Origin: Cenococcum geophilum
Lineage: Eukaryota
Direction of reading: 5' to 3'
Assembly: GCA_050273025.1 (NCBI GenBank)
Contig: CP158635.1
Span: 24,800,001 to 24,864,000 of the forward strand
DNA: 64,000 bases
The notes below the pieces were generated by a model, which worked only from the letters and a program-made list of their open reading frames with translations, did not search any database and was not told where the DNA came from. Every line of letters begins with the position of its first letter. Within the stretch, counting starts at the first letter, position 1. Shown here piece after piece: positions 1 to 12,090 of this stretch. A program made the translations under genes and the position numbers.

Positions 1-1709
1 TAAGCTATTAGCTATAAGAGCCAGCACCTATAGGATATAAAGGAACTAATAAACTAGTTCGCAGATTAGATATTAAGGACGATGAATTTAACCTAGGTAA
101 AATATTCTGTAACGATAAGGCAACAAGGGCCGCTTACTAGGAGTAAGTAAACCTTAGAAATATTATACTAGAGGTAGAGGATAATTCCACTATAGAATAG
201 GGAATATTAGTAGGGATCGAAACCCCACTAGACACGATGTTTATCGCTTTATAAAACGCAAGAGAAGTAAAATAGTAAACCACTTCGGCACTTAATAAAG
301 GCAAAAGGCTAAAGGCTTAAGATTTTTATAGCGAGATAAGAGATAACTAAGATTTTTAAAACGAGATAAGGCAAGCTTAAGGACCTATAATAGATAATAA
401 CCAATAGAGCAGAGTAGCAGCTTAGTTTAAAAATATATAAATAAGCTTAGGATAGAAGTTCCTGCAGGTATAAGATTCTTAAGATAAGATAAGAACACTA
501 AGTAAGCCTAGTTAGACTAAGGCTAAAGCTAAGCTTAAGTTAGAAGCGAGCTTAGGATTAAAGAACCTAAGGGGTTAAGAATTTGGAGTACAAATTAGGA
601 CACCTATAGATAAGAGGTAAAGAGCTTCTTTATAGATTAGAGAATCTGCGGTATAAATAGTAATTAGATTAGGAGACGAATATATAAACCTAGAGGATTT
701 ACTAGTTAAATAAAGTATTCGGACTAAAGATCAAAAAATTAATACTAGGATTAAGAAGTAAGACGACTTTAAGGATTAGAGCGTAAGGCGCAAACTAAAA
801 GAAACTATAAAAGAGTTTAGGCAAAGAATTATTACATAGTAAGAACAGAAACTAGATAAAAGATCTAGTATATTGGGATATATAAAGGATAGAGTATTAG
901 TATAAAGAATTACTAATAGACTAAGAGTAGGTATACTAAGAGCTAAGTAGCTTACCAAACTGGAAGATAAAGAGGATTTAGGGATTCTAACTAGGTTCGA
1001 GAAACAATATATAAAGGGCTATCACAATACAGTAATAAGAAGATACTTCTTTATAGATAGACTGTATATACTCTAGCAGCTATACTAAAAGTAGTATAGG
1101 CAAAGGCATAATAATAAGTAGGAAGATTTCTATATATAATTAGATAAAAAAGTTATTTAGAACTACCTAATTATAGAAAAGGCCATAACGCATATTAAAG
1201 GAGCCTTAATTATAATGTTAAAGGATCTAGAGGAACGTTTAGAGGACTAGAGAAGTAAGAGGCGCATCTTAGTACCTGTAAATAAAGTTATAACGTTTAG
1301 ATTAGTACAATAAAGGTTTAAACTTAAGGATAAAAATAAGCTAAGAGTTAACCTAAAGCACCTAGCACACTATACGTTATTATGGAATGCGTGCGTAAAC
1401 GATATATACGAAATATATAAGAATCTAAAGGAAAAGAATCGGAAATACCCTATAAGGATATACTAGATAACAGATAAGTAATAATATAGGAATGCCAAAT
1501 ATATATATAGATGGCATCCAGCAGAGGTCCAAGAGGAAGAAAGTTTAGTACTTTAACTAGAAAGATTCCTTATGGAAGAATGCTTAGACGGATAATAGTA
1601 GTAGGAATACCTAGAAAATATATATCTATGGTATATTAAAGATAAAAAGCGAACTAGGTATTGGCTAAAGAGTAAGCTAAGTATATTAGGATTAAGCAGC
1701 TAATAGATA

Positions 1710-4700
1710 GGAAAAGTAGAGGCCTACGGAACTAAAGGGAGCTAATAGTAGAGCCTTAAACCCTTAAAAGAATTTAAGGATAACACCTAAATTTATAAGT
1801 TAATTGGTAAGATTAGCAGTTTAAAGCGCTAATAGATAATAGAGTAACGCAAAACTATATTTTACTAGCAGCAGTTAAGAGAATAGGACTACCTTATAGA
1901 CAAAAGAAACAACTTTACCTATTAGTTATAATTTTAGGAGATCTAATAACCTATAGAGGAGGGATTATTAATCTTAAAATAGGACCTATTTAGATAACTA
2001 TTAAAGGGAGATAAATCGAGATGTCTTTTAATATCCTACTATTGGGACGGGACAAGGCAGTATTAGGTATACCTTAGTTATAGAAATATAATCCGAGGAT
2101 TAATTAGATTATAGGTCAGGTTAATATTAGAGATACTTAACGCCGTAAGATACAATAATAAGCCAAGTTAGTATAGTACTAAGTAGGAGCAACCTATAAA
2201 GAAATAGAAAAAGGACTAAGTTATATACTAAAGAGATACTATAAGTATGGTAAGAAACTATAGTTACTAAGAAGTAAGAAGCTGTTAGAATATGCAGTAT
2301 AGGATTATAAGATAGAGTTAGAACTAGAAATAAATCTAAAGTTCTTTCTAATCTATAAACTTACTGAAGAAGAAGGTAGAGCGTTAAAAGAGTTTGTCTA
2401 GGAAAATCTACGAAAGGGATATATTAGACTATTGCAGTTATTAGCGGGTTATCTAGTACTATTCGTACTAAAGAAAAATGGTAAACTAAGGCTATATATT
2501 GACTATAGATAATTAAACAGTATCACTAGGAAGGATAGGTATTCTTTACCCTTAATTAGCAAAATCTAAGATAGGATAGGCAATGTGTAAATCTTTATAA
2601 AGATAGATCTGAGATAGGCGTACCATTAGATTAGGATTAAGGAAGGCGATAAATAGAAGGCAGTCTTTAGGTTAAAGGAAGGACTATATAAACTATTAGT
2701 TATGCAATTCGGGCTTATAAACACACTAGTAACGTTCTAAAAGCGTATTAATAATGTATTAGGAGAATACTTGGATAAATTTATTATAGTATATTTCGAC
2801 AATATTATTATCTACTTAATAACTAAGGAAGAATACGGGGAATACGTTAAATAGGTTTTAAAGAGACTATAAGAAGAACAAATGCTAGTAGCAATTAAGA
2901 AATACGAGTTCTTTACTAGGAAGACTAATTTTGTTAAATTTATTATTAAACTAGGCTAACTTAGTATAGATTTAAAGAAGATTAAGGCTATAGTAAATTA
3001 GTAGAAACTAGAGAACGTTATATAGTTAAGATTGTTTTTAGGGTTTTATAATTACTGTAGAAGGTTTATAGCGCAGTAGTTAAAGGATATTAAGCCACTT
3101 ATAAGGTTAATAAAGAAAGAAGAACTATAGGTATAAGGAGAGGAGTAAAGAGAACTCTTTAAGAAAGTTAAAGAGTTGTTTACCTAGGAGCCAGTTCTTA
3201 AGATCTATTAACTAGGACTAGAGACGGTTATAGAGACGGATATATTAGACTATGCACTAGGGGTATACTTTATATAAAAGCATTAAAATGGATAGCACCT
3301 AGTAGTATACTATAGTTAAAAGATAATACTACTAAAGTTAAACTATAACATCTATAATAAGGAGTTATTAAGTATAGTTATAGTATTAAAGGAATAGAGA
3401 GCATTCTTATAAGGTATAGAGAAACTATTTATGGTTAAGACGGATTATAAGAACCTAATAAAATTCTTAATAATAAAGGAACTTAACTAAAGATAGGTTA
3501 GATGGGTAGAGATACTTACGGAATACTATTTTAAGATTTAGTATACTAAAGGTACAGACAATATAAGGGTAGATACTCTAAGCCGTAAAGCTAAACTATA
3601 AAATAAGGAGAAGCTATTAAGGGCTTTATTGCAAAAGGATATAGATAGATTAATTAGGTATAATTATCCAAGAATTGCAGTAACTTAAGAAGATAATAAA
3701 CTAGAGAAAGTCTACGAGATACTAGAAAGCTTTTGGGTATAAAGAATTCTAGAAGCATAGCTAGAAGATCTATAGATAGATATATACGAAAATTAAGAAG
3801 CGAAGTATATTCTAAGAAGTATAGCAGAGTAGTTTATAGAAGACTTCTATAAGGGACTAACTTAAGGATATAATGGAGCTACGGGCTTAGTATCGAGACT
3901 TTAAAAGGAGTACATTATTAACGGAATCTAGAGGATAGCTAGAAAAGTTATAAAGGAATATCTAGATTATTAAAGGAATAAACTAATAAGGCATAAGCTA
4001 TATAGAGGGCTACAACCTATTAAAATACCAGAAAGACTATGGGAGGTTATATTATGGGACTTTATTATTAAGTTACCAAAATTAAAAGATCCTATTACCG
4101 GATAAGATTATAACGCGATCTTAGTAATAATAGATAAGCTTACGAAGTGGGGATACTTTATAGCATATATAGAAGAAATCTTAGTGGAAGATGTCGCTAG
4201 AATCTATGTTAAAGAAGTGTTTATAAGATATAGAGCACTAAGTAAGATTATATTGGATAGAGATCTAAGATTCGTAGTAGTATTCTAGGAAGTGTTCTTA
4301 GCGGAGTAAGGAGTTTAAGTAGTAACTTCTACTGTATATTATCCGCAGACAGACGGTTAAACGGAAAGATTAAATTAGACGCTAGAGCAGTATCTAAGGT
4401 ATTATATCAATTATATATAGAATAATTAGGTATTACTATTACTAGTTATATAGTTTATATACAATGTAATACCTTAAGAAGGAATAGGCATATTACCATT
4501 TAAGGCAAATTACGGATATAAGCTAAGAACATCGTTATTACTATAGTAAGTAAAGAAAATAAGTAGTACAGCTAAAGAAAGAATGAAGACGTTAATAAAT
4601 CTTTATGTAGACCTTATAGAATTAGTAAAGAAAGTATAAGAGAGAATAAAAAAGTACTATAATACTAAGAAATCTAAGGGACCAGATCTTAAGGAGGGAG

Positions 4701-5125
4701 ATAAAGTATGGTTACTATATAAAAATTTTAAGAGTTAATAACTAAGTAAGAAGTTAGACTACGTTAAACTAAGACCTTTTAAAATTACACAGAGGATTTC
4801 ACCGGTTATATTTAAGTTAAACCTGCTAGCTAAAATAAAGATCTACCCTATATAGTATATCGTAATGCTAGAGCTAGCATATAGGAATATTAAGCCACCA
4901 GTTTATAAAGTAGACATATATAGAGGACAAGAAGAAGATAAATGGTAAGTATTAAAGATCGTTAATTATAAGGACATTAATAATAAAATATAGTACGAAG
5001 TTAAGTGGATAGGCTATACTAAGACTACCTAGGAGCCACTAGAGAATTTAAAGAACGCTATAGGAAAGGTATAGGAGTATTAGAAGAAATTAGGTTAGGT
5101 AGTATTAATAAAAAAGGATCGCTAA
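1710..5125 (+). pseudogene. pol: Gypsy A pol (PR-RT-RH-IN-chromodomain), many RIP stops
   Basis: Domain order PR-RT-RH-IN-CHD read through stops; begins at a GGAAAA -1 frameshift-like site ~1710 and ends TAA 5123-5125. Confidence 0.9.
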
Positions 5126-5709
5126 AGAATGAGTCACCTAAGGGGGACCTAAGAAGAGTAGTTGCCGAACTACTTAGATCTATTTCCTTCTCTATTAAAG
5201 GAGAGTCTGTTCTTTTATTGCCTAGTTCCTATAAACCTTATTTTATAAGTTTCTACTTCTTAAAACAAACCTTCTTATAAACCTTCTTAAGATAAAACAG
5301 ACGAGTAGACGCCGCAATTTAAGCATTTAGGGCCTTCTGTTCCGCGTTACAAGAACGTTCCAACTTAGTAAGGGCTTGTAATAGTTTACTATCTAGCTGT
5401 ATAGCAGTAGATTGAATATAAGACCCTAAGATAAATTAATTAGGGAACCAGACGACTATTAAGAGTAATAGGTTGCGTATATTTAGTATTAAAAGTAAAG
5501 CAAACGTTATAGGACGAACGAATATTTGCTTTAGTACACTCTAAGCAAAAAAATAGTTATCGCGAAGATGGGTTCGCTAACGTAATATAAACTAACCCCT
5601 TTTTCGAACAATAAGAACACGGAGACGGTATAATCTCACTAAGAGATAATATTGCAGTAATAGTGCGAGCACAACGTTAGGCGTATAAAGAAGAAATTAC
5701 TTTAGGTAT
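5025..5709 (-). pseudogene. Antisense spliced gene of Gypsy A (allele 1): Zn2Cys6-like cluster plus coiled coil
   Basis: Exon 1 reads (M)PK(A)ISS...PCSYCSKKGLV(C)I(A)LANPSSR(QPSS)C(S)ECTKANIRSS(C)(D)V. A 55-nt intron 5480-5426 ((G)TACGC...CTAAT...TAG) splits a T|GG Trp codon; exon 2 is heptad-rich. Confidence 0.7.
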
Positions 5710-5817
5710 AATAAGCAATAATATTAACTAAATTAATTAGATGGATATTACACCTCTAGTAAATAACTTAGAGATATTTTAAATCTTTAAGGACGAAGAT
5801 AAAGAGGAGGGAGATAG

Positions 5818-6239
5818 TGTTACGGACGCTTTAAGTACGATATTATAACTACTTAGAGAAGAGACGGAAGAAGCTAGTTGGTTAATTTAGGCATGGTTTA
5901 GGATAGAGCTAATAGAACTATGTGACGAGGAATAGTAACTAAGGTTATATAATGTGCTACGTATTAAACAAGAGGAATAAGAGGAACTTACGTACCTTAT
6001 ATATAAGATGTATATTATGTATAAAAAGGATTTTATAGGAGTACGGTTGTGTATTTAAGGACCCTTAGTCCCTACCTAGATAGTTCCTTCCTTATAGTGA
6101 TTCTTAGAATACAATTAGAGTTAATCTATTAGACCACTCCACCAGTTGTTATTGCGTTGTTGACTTTTGTACTTGCATTTCCTACACACCTAGCCTAATA
6201 ACAAGCCCACCGTAGTTCTTGCTATAAGGTTCCGTTACA
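5818..6239 (+). repeat. 3' LTR of Gypsy A copy 1 (422 bp)
   Basis: TGTTACGG...CCGTTACA; matches 53568-53992 and the reverse complement of 57473-57898. Confidence 0.95.
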
Positions 6240-7009
6240 GCTATGACCCGCTATTAAGCTATGCAGGTAGCAGTTAAGAAAAGTACCCGCCTAGGCTATA
6301 TAATGTATTAAGTTAAGTAATATATATCTATTTGCATAATAGCAGTGTCCTATTATAGCGTTTTTAGCACAATAGGGGCTTGTTTAGGCGCCAGTCTCTC
6401 TATATGGTGTAATCTACGCCGCTAGAAGCCTAAGGTCTAGAGCCTAAACCTATATTTTAGCCTAAACTTGGGCTTTAGGGTCGCCGATAATATGAAATTT
6501 TATATTAGGATCTCTCTATATAGTATATAAGGCGCGGATTACACGGAACGGGCATCTATAGACTTGTATAATTGTTAGGCGGACTCTAACAGAAAAGGGG
6601 TAGTATATCTGGCAATGCAGCCTGGCTCCTAGGAGCTGGCGCTATAATCCCTCGTTCCCCTTAACGGGTATTAGTAGGATATTCGCGCACGTTTTTATTT
6701 AATAAGAGAGGCTTTATGCGAGGGCTATATCGCCACTAAATCTTTGCGGCCGGATGATAAACTTAGCTATATAGCGCGAAGGTAATTCGCCAGCTTGGTA
6801 TTCCTCTAGCGTAAATGCGTTTTAAACACGGCCTTATACGGGCTGCTACCTGCTAAGCGCTAAATGTCATTTATATAAGCTCTCTAAAAGAATCTAAATT
6901 TGGTGACGGTTCCTTAAATATAGAGCCTTCGCCTACTTAAATCTCACTATCCCCGTTCTTCTCGCACCACTAGGACTCCTTTAAGAGAGCAACGACAGCA
7001 GCGATAGTA

Positions 7010-8684
7010 ATGTCTTTTAATGCTTTTCCCGTCTCTTAGACGCAAAAACCCCTTTATATTATACCTTATAATAGTCCCCCTAAGCTAAAGCAATGCTCTT
7101 AACGTCCTAACCTATAGAATACCGCGTCTACCGTTAATAAATAGTATAACATTGATAAGATTCTAGGGATCGCGCCTAGATTAAATACTTAGCTAAAGAA
7201 TAAAGGGGTTCTTGTACCCACGTCGCATAGAGCCAAAGTTATGGATTTAATATGCTTAGGTAGGCGTCCCTAAAGCTAACGAAATAATATTTTAACATAA
7301 GCGCAGACGACGAAGTTAATGGTAAAATTAGTGGTGGTGGAGATGGAGGAAGTAGTGATGTTAGTAGTGACGACGGTTTCTCCACCTAGGATAAACGTAA
7401 AAGTGTAGGGGTTAAGCAAAGCGTCTTAATATAAACTTCTCTAGAAGACACGAGGGATAAAAGCTTAAATCAGCCCGCTCCTTCTAAGGGTAGTAATTAA
7501 GGTAAGTGCCTAGGCCTAATTAGGATAGTAGCTCTTGTATACCATTTCTAACATTGTATAGAGAATACAGTCGTTATTAAAAACAGTTAACCTGAATCCG
7601 ATACTAATACCAATAATAAGGGCTACCCGTAGGAAGATGATATAGGTACGCAGATAGACAATTAGTTTGAAGTCTCGGGTATTTTAATCCCGGAGTGTCG
7701 CGGTAGAGAGTGTCCTATAGGTGTAAAGGATGCTATTAACTTGGAGGCGGTTAAGGGAGCGGAGCCTTAAGCTAGTGAGCTCCCGCGTCGCGAACTTACG
7801 TTAACGCAGCCAACTGTAAACGACTTACTACCCCGCTCGAGCTGCGATGGCGAGAAGAAAAATACCGTGCGTTTTGCCAACCTATCGCTAATGACGAATA
7901 TTAAATAGCTAACGTAAGAGGCCGGTAGCCACTCTGTCCTAGAAGCTACAATATATTAGCCGCAGCGACCGATAAAGGCAAAGAGGCAAGGTAAGTATAT
8001 ACCATTGTAAGTACGTCCGTCCTATCTAATTAGTGCTAAGGCGAATTTCCTACGCCCGAAAATGCGAGTAGCAGCGGCGGTAACGATGGCGATGGCGATG
8101 GTAGCGACAACGATAGCGACAGCGATAACCACACAACGTGCGACACGTTGCCGACGCGTAAGCGGAAACGCCCCCTGCTGGCCTATACTGTTAGCCGCAA
8201 GCAGTATAGTCGAAAGTTAAATATAGCGTCGAAGCAGCATTCTGGGCGCGCTGCACACTCTATAAGGCGACAAAAGCCATCTCTGCTCCGTAGCAGACCT
8301 TAGAATAATAAGTACGCTTCTACACTCTATTTGCAATCTAAGACAGCTCCTTTAACTAAAGTAAATAAAGACGATAAATATAAGGTAGAGGAGATCCTTA
8401 AAGCCCGTATCTATCGCAGAAAGCTACAGTACTATATTAAATGGCTTAGGTATAAGAACGACCTAAAGTGGTACAATGTGTCCAACTTTAAAAATAGCCC
8501 GCATAAGCTCCGTGATTTTTATACGGCCAACCCTACCCACCTAGGGCCTCCAAAATGGTTAGATTAGTAGGTATAATGTTAGGAGGCGGACAGAGATGCG
8601 GACGACTATATTGATAATAACAAGCCTAAGAGATTATACACTAGAGGCGGAATACCGCAAGGATTAATAGGAGGTATTTCTTAA
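7010..8684 (+). pseudogene. Four-exon gene: acidic low-complexity protein with RKRKR NLS-like motif and C-terminal chromovirus-type chromodomain
   Basis: ATG 7010. GT-AG introns with CTAAC/CTAAT branch sites at 7260-7306, 7502-7561 and 7991-8040 keep one frame into Y(E)VEEIL(E)ARI...LQY..KWL(G)Y..D..WY (ORF 8331-8567). No integrase core upstream. Confidence 0.75.
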
Positions 8685-9129
8685 ACAGGTCGGCTTATTT
8701 CGCCTAGAGAATGCGATTTTCTTATATACTGTTGTATGCTATAGAGAAGGGATATAAGCAAATCGTATAGAGGCTGCTGGTCTCGTGCAAATAACTATAT
8801 ATAAAGAACCATTCTTATAATATATAGGCAATGTATTTAGGTTTAGAGCTTTTAGGAGACTCTTAATCCTAGGAGAACTAATCTTAACTGCCTATTCCTA
8901 CCTTTATTTTCTGGTACAATTACTATATATATAGTGTAGATATTGCGGATTAATTGCGCTTATACTTTATGATGTAGAGGATCTATGGAGGGACCTGGAA
9001 GCCTCTGTTCCACTTCCTGCTTAATATAGTAATTGGAAACCTATATCTCACCACCCTACTACCTACCACTATATATCTTACTACCCTGTTTCTGTTACCT
9101 ATACCTACCTTATATATCTAAAGGGGCTC

Positions 9130-9606
9130 CTAGAGCTAGCCTAAATTAATAGAGTTTTTATTCTAAACCGTCCGGTTAATACGAGCTAATTAAGCTGTTC
9201 GACAAGGTTTACTGCTTGGCTTGCGTAGAGGCTGGCAGGCGTACTTATTGACTAGAAAAAACCAGGTCGGAAAAGGAGGACTTATATGTCGATTGATCTA
9301 TAAAGGAAAAAAGACTATATATGTAAGGTGGGTGCGAGCAACGGGAAGAAGGGGGGGGTTAGGCAACTAAAACGTGGTAATACGTAGCTAAGACGGTGGT
9401 AAGATAACCCGATTTTAGTTAACGGTACTTAGGTACACGTTAGAAAGCTCTATTAGAGCTATTATTAAATACTACAAAGTAAGGAATGGGAGAGGCGTAA
9501 GCGTGCTCCGAGGACTTATTTTGGCTGCGGTATGTGTAAAATACCATTCTATAGGAAGGACAACTGCTAGCGACCTTATATTAAGCGACTTGACTCTAAA
9601 AATTAA
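9130..9606 (+). mobile_element. piggyBac-like transposase C-terminal Cys-rich remnant
   Basis: YCLACVEAGRR...KAL(S)EL(S)..NT...RKRAPRT(H)FGCG.CKIPF(C)RKDNC(W)RP(H)I, resembling the fungal piggyBac C-terminus; frameshifted; no TIR identified. Confidence 0.55.
9246..9424. mobile_element. 179-bp insertion, probable solo LTR
   Basis: 5-bp TSD GTACT (9241-9245 and 9425-9429) with imperfect inverted termini TATTGACTAGAA...TTTTAGTTAACG; interrupts the piggyBac remnant. Confidence 0.6.
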
Positions 9607-9749
9607 GTTTATATATCAAATTACTATAAATTAAAAGCTTTATATTCTTAAGTACGGACATCAAATTCAGCTAATTTAATTGGTTGGTTCTTATTAATAA
9701 CCTAAGGACCTAAATCATCGTGCTAAGGGATAGGTTTAGAACACTCCGG

Positions 9750-10960
9750 GACCGGTAACTAAGAATCTAAGCGTGAAGAGGATACGACTTCTAAGCAAGA
9801 CCTGGGCCTACTAAAAAAGTAATTATATAACGCTAATACACGCTTTACGCAGAGGAGGTATTAAGAGGGCGGGCGATATTTTGTGGCCGCTAAAGCCCTA
9901 CCTACTTCATTGGAAATATAGCTGGCGAGTTAAAGGTTCGCAGATATTAGTAATACGTCAACTATTTCTCCTCTAGTTACGCCTAGCCTTCTCGCTTATT
10001 ACCTTTGAGATTTCTTACGGTTTAGTAGAGCATGCGGCATTTACGTAGGTTGTGGTATGCCGTCTTAATTTCTACTCAGCTGTTGTGTTTAGTTGTATAG
10101 GTAAGATATCTAGATAAGATTCGGCCAGCCTCTTTACGCGTTTAGATATACGCACACTTCGGCGTAGTTTATAACTATTAGAATGCTCTTTTGTCGGCTA
10201 GGGCGTTTAAGTAGATATTTATAGGCTTCTGCGTGCACTAACCGTAGGTAGTAACTATCCTCTTAATCCATTGCTAGTATAATTTCCAAGTAACGGAACC
10301 GCATAGTGAACTCTGCTTTATTGTTCGTTAAGTAAACGTCTTTTTTTTAAGCAACTTTGGAGACTTTAGAGGGTTTAGCTAGGCTAAGTACTAGCTAGTT
10401 TATAAAATGCCCGCCTCTACGCTAATAGCTCTTCCCCAATATACCTAACTAAGAAGCTTTGTACGCTAGGCCACTAAATAATGGCTTTAAATATAGTAGG
10501 CTATTTTTACCTTCGTAATCCTAGTTAGTCACAAAAGCAGCTTATAGGTAAGTACTGCCTTACCTAGCTCTTCTTCTACGGCTTTTAACGAATCTTGTAA
10601 TAAATTGTATTTTTTTGCCAATAAACCCATTAGAATGCCTTATGGTATTTCCCTCCAGTCTTAAAAATGCTGTCCGCGTTGCGAGTAGTAGTCCAATATA
10701 AGTTAGACTAGGTCCCTAAAAACATTCTCCTCTATCCTCTAGTAGTTAGGATAAGAGATAAATCCGCGTACACGCTTATAAGCATCACTATTATCGCTAT
10801 ATAGATGTAGAAAGATTTCATGCTGAGATAAAAGAGACCCTATATTAGGTAAGGGTTTAAAAGTCGCTCTATAGACTTCTAGTGTTGCATTAATAAGCCC
10901 TAAGTTAAGTAGCTATTAAGAAGCGACTTTTAACAAGGTATTAAACAATATTTTCATATT
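9750..10960 (-). pseudogene. RIP-degenerate gene of unknown function (approximate bounds)
   Basis: Long protein-like frame read through RIP stops (EFTMRFRYLEIILAMD...YLRLVHAEAYKYLL...) and a GTAAGG...CTAACTAG intron-like segment near 10485-10525. Confidence 0.35.
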
Positions 10961-11155
10961 TAGTAGACGACGGAGCACTATATAAAAGTCAGGAAGACGT
11001 TAAGGGGTAGATAATTACGTGACGGCGCATAGATTATATATAGAATTAGTCAGCAGTAACCTAGTGTCCTAAAAATTACCTTATTTCCAGACGTTATAAT
11101 CACGTATTAATTTTATCATGTGCAGATTATATAAACTTAGATAAACGTCTGGTTA

Positions 11156-11613
11156 ACGTGTTTGACCCCCTAGTGGCCTATACCCCCTAGTGGCCCACCC
11201 TACTAAAACGCGCGACGCGTTACAAGACCTCTACTATAATGACAACACTATAATAAGAAGCTATATATCGACAGGGCAGAGTTAATCTAGCTATCTAAGC
11301 CTACAAGTAGGGCCAGTTTAAAAGCCTTTAAAGTGCTATATTAATATACAATACACCCCAAATAACAGCTAGGCGCTGCATCGCCAATATAGCAGAGGCA
11401 GCGGCCGAGCGACCATAACGGGCACCACGTAAGTGTAGTATATGCCATTTAACAGAACACACGGCAAGAATATGCGCAAGACGTCAATTAAGCACGTAGT
11501 AAATAGCTGTATTAAATACAATTATTCGTAGTTAACTAACTGCCTTATACGCGCCGCGCGTTTTAGTAGAGTAGGCTACTAGGGGGTATAGGCTACTAGG
11601 GGGTTAAACATAT
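11156..11613 (+). mobile_element. Internally deleted pogo/Fot1-type element (458 bp) with 86-codon HTH plus CCHC mini-ORF (11239-11499)
   Basis: TA-flanked, ACGTGTTTGACCCC TIRs (~65 bp, RIP-altered). ORF MTT...GRV(D)LAI(Q)AYK(Q)GQF...RR.I...RAPRKCS(M)CH(S)TEHTAR(T)CARR. Confidence 0.85.
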
Positions 11614-11615
11614 TA

Positions 11616-11821
11616 ACGTGTTCTACTACTTATCTGGCTACCCTAGTTATCTAGCCACCCTACTAGTACCAAGACGCGTCTTTATATAGTTATTCCACTA
11701 TACGCTAATAAGTAGTCTACCCTTTTTCTGGGGTGATTTGGAGTTCTAAATTGATAGCATTATTGTTTTAGTATAAGGACGTCTTAGTGCTAGTAGGGTG
11801 GCCGGATAAAGTAGAGCACGT
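11616..11821. mobile_element. pogo-type MITE (206 bp), abutting the previous element
   Basis: ACGTGTTCTAC...GTAGAGCACGT termini with TA on both sides; the left TA (11614-11615) is shared with the preceding element. Confidence 0.75.
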
Positions 11822-12090
11822 TAACTATTTTTCCGCCAAAGCTGCTAAACTAATAGCTCTTGCAAACTGATGGCTTATGCAACTAGGGCTCTCGTAAGCT
11901 TAGATTCACCCCCTTAATTACCAATCCCATTTACTACGCAGACTATTAACTGCCCTATAATATAGAGCACTAACGTCAATTTAGGAATATCTTATAAGGA
12001 AGCGGATTATAACAATTAAACAAGAGGTCTAATACTACTACAATCTGGTGCCACGTGTATACTCTAGCAATTTAGACTAAGCGATCTTTA

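Larger units (their letters stand above)
1..6239 (+). mobile_element. Ty3/Gypsy chromovirus family A, copy 1 (5' part outside window), RIP-degenerate
   Basis: Protease ALI(D)(S)(G)(A)TR ~1825, RT Y(L)D(D) ~2792, RNase H ETD(A)(S)DYALG ~3232, integrase (Y)(H)PQTDG(Q)TER ~4335, chromodomain ~4930-5100. PPT AAAGAGGAGGGAGATAG 5801-5817 precedes a TG...CA LTR; colinear with the copies at 53568 and 57473. Confidence 0.95.

Noticed and set aside
776..958. Short hydrophobic ORFs in the track (also 14930, 18387, 29269, 41695, 49736, 61368)
   Set aside because: Antisense or off-frame shadows of RIPed TE or kinase sequence; AT-biased composition, no motifs.
2792..2803. Unusual RT catalytic motif YFDN
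   Set aside because: Explained by C>T and G>A changes from YLDD; copy 3 retains the Leu codon.
6240..6990. Possible coding remnant upstream of the chromodomain gene
   Set aside because: One frame looks protein-like, but no motif, start or splice support could be established.
8331..8567. Chromodomain as a plain Gypsy integrase fragment or HP1
   Set aside because: No integrase core, PPT or LTR nearby and no chromoshadow domain; it is in frame with spliced upstream exons.
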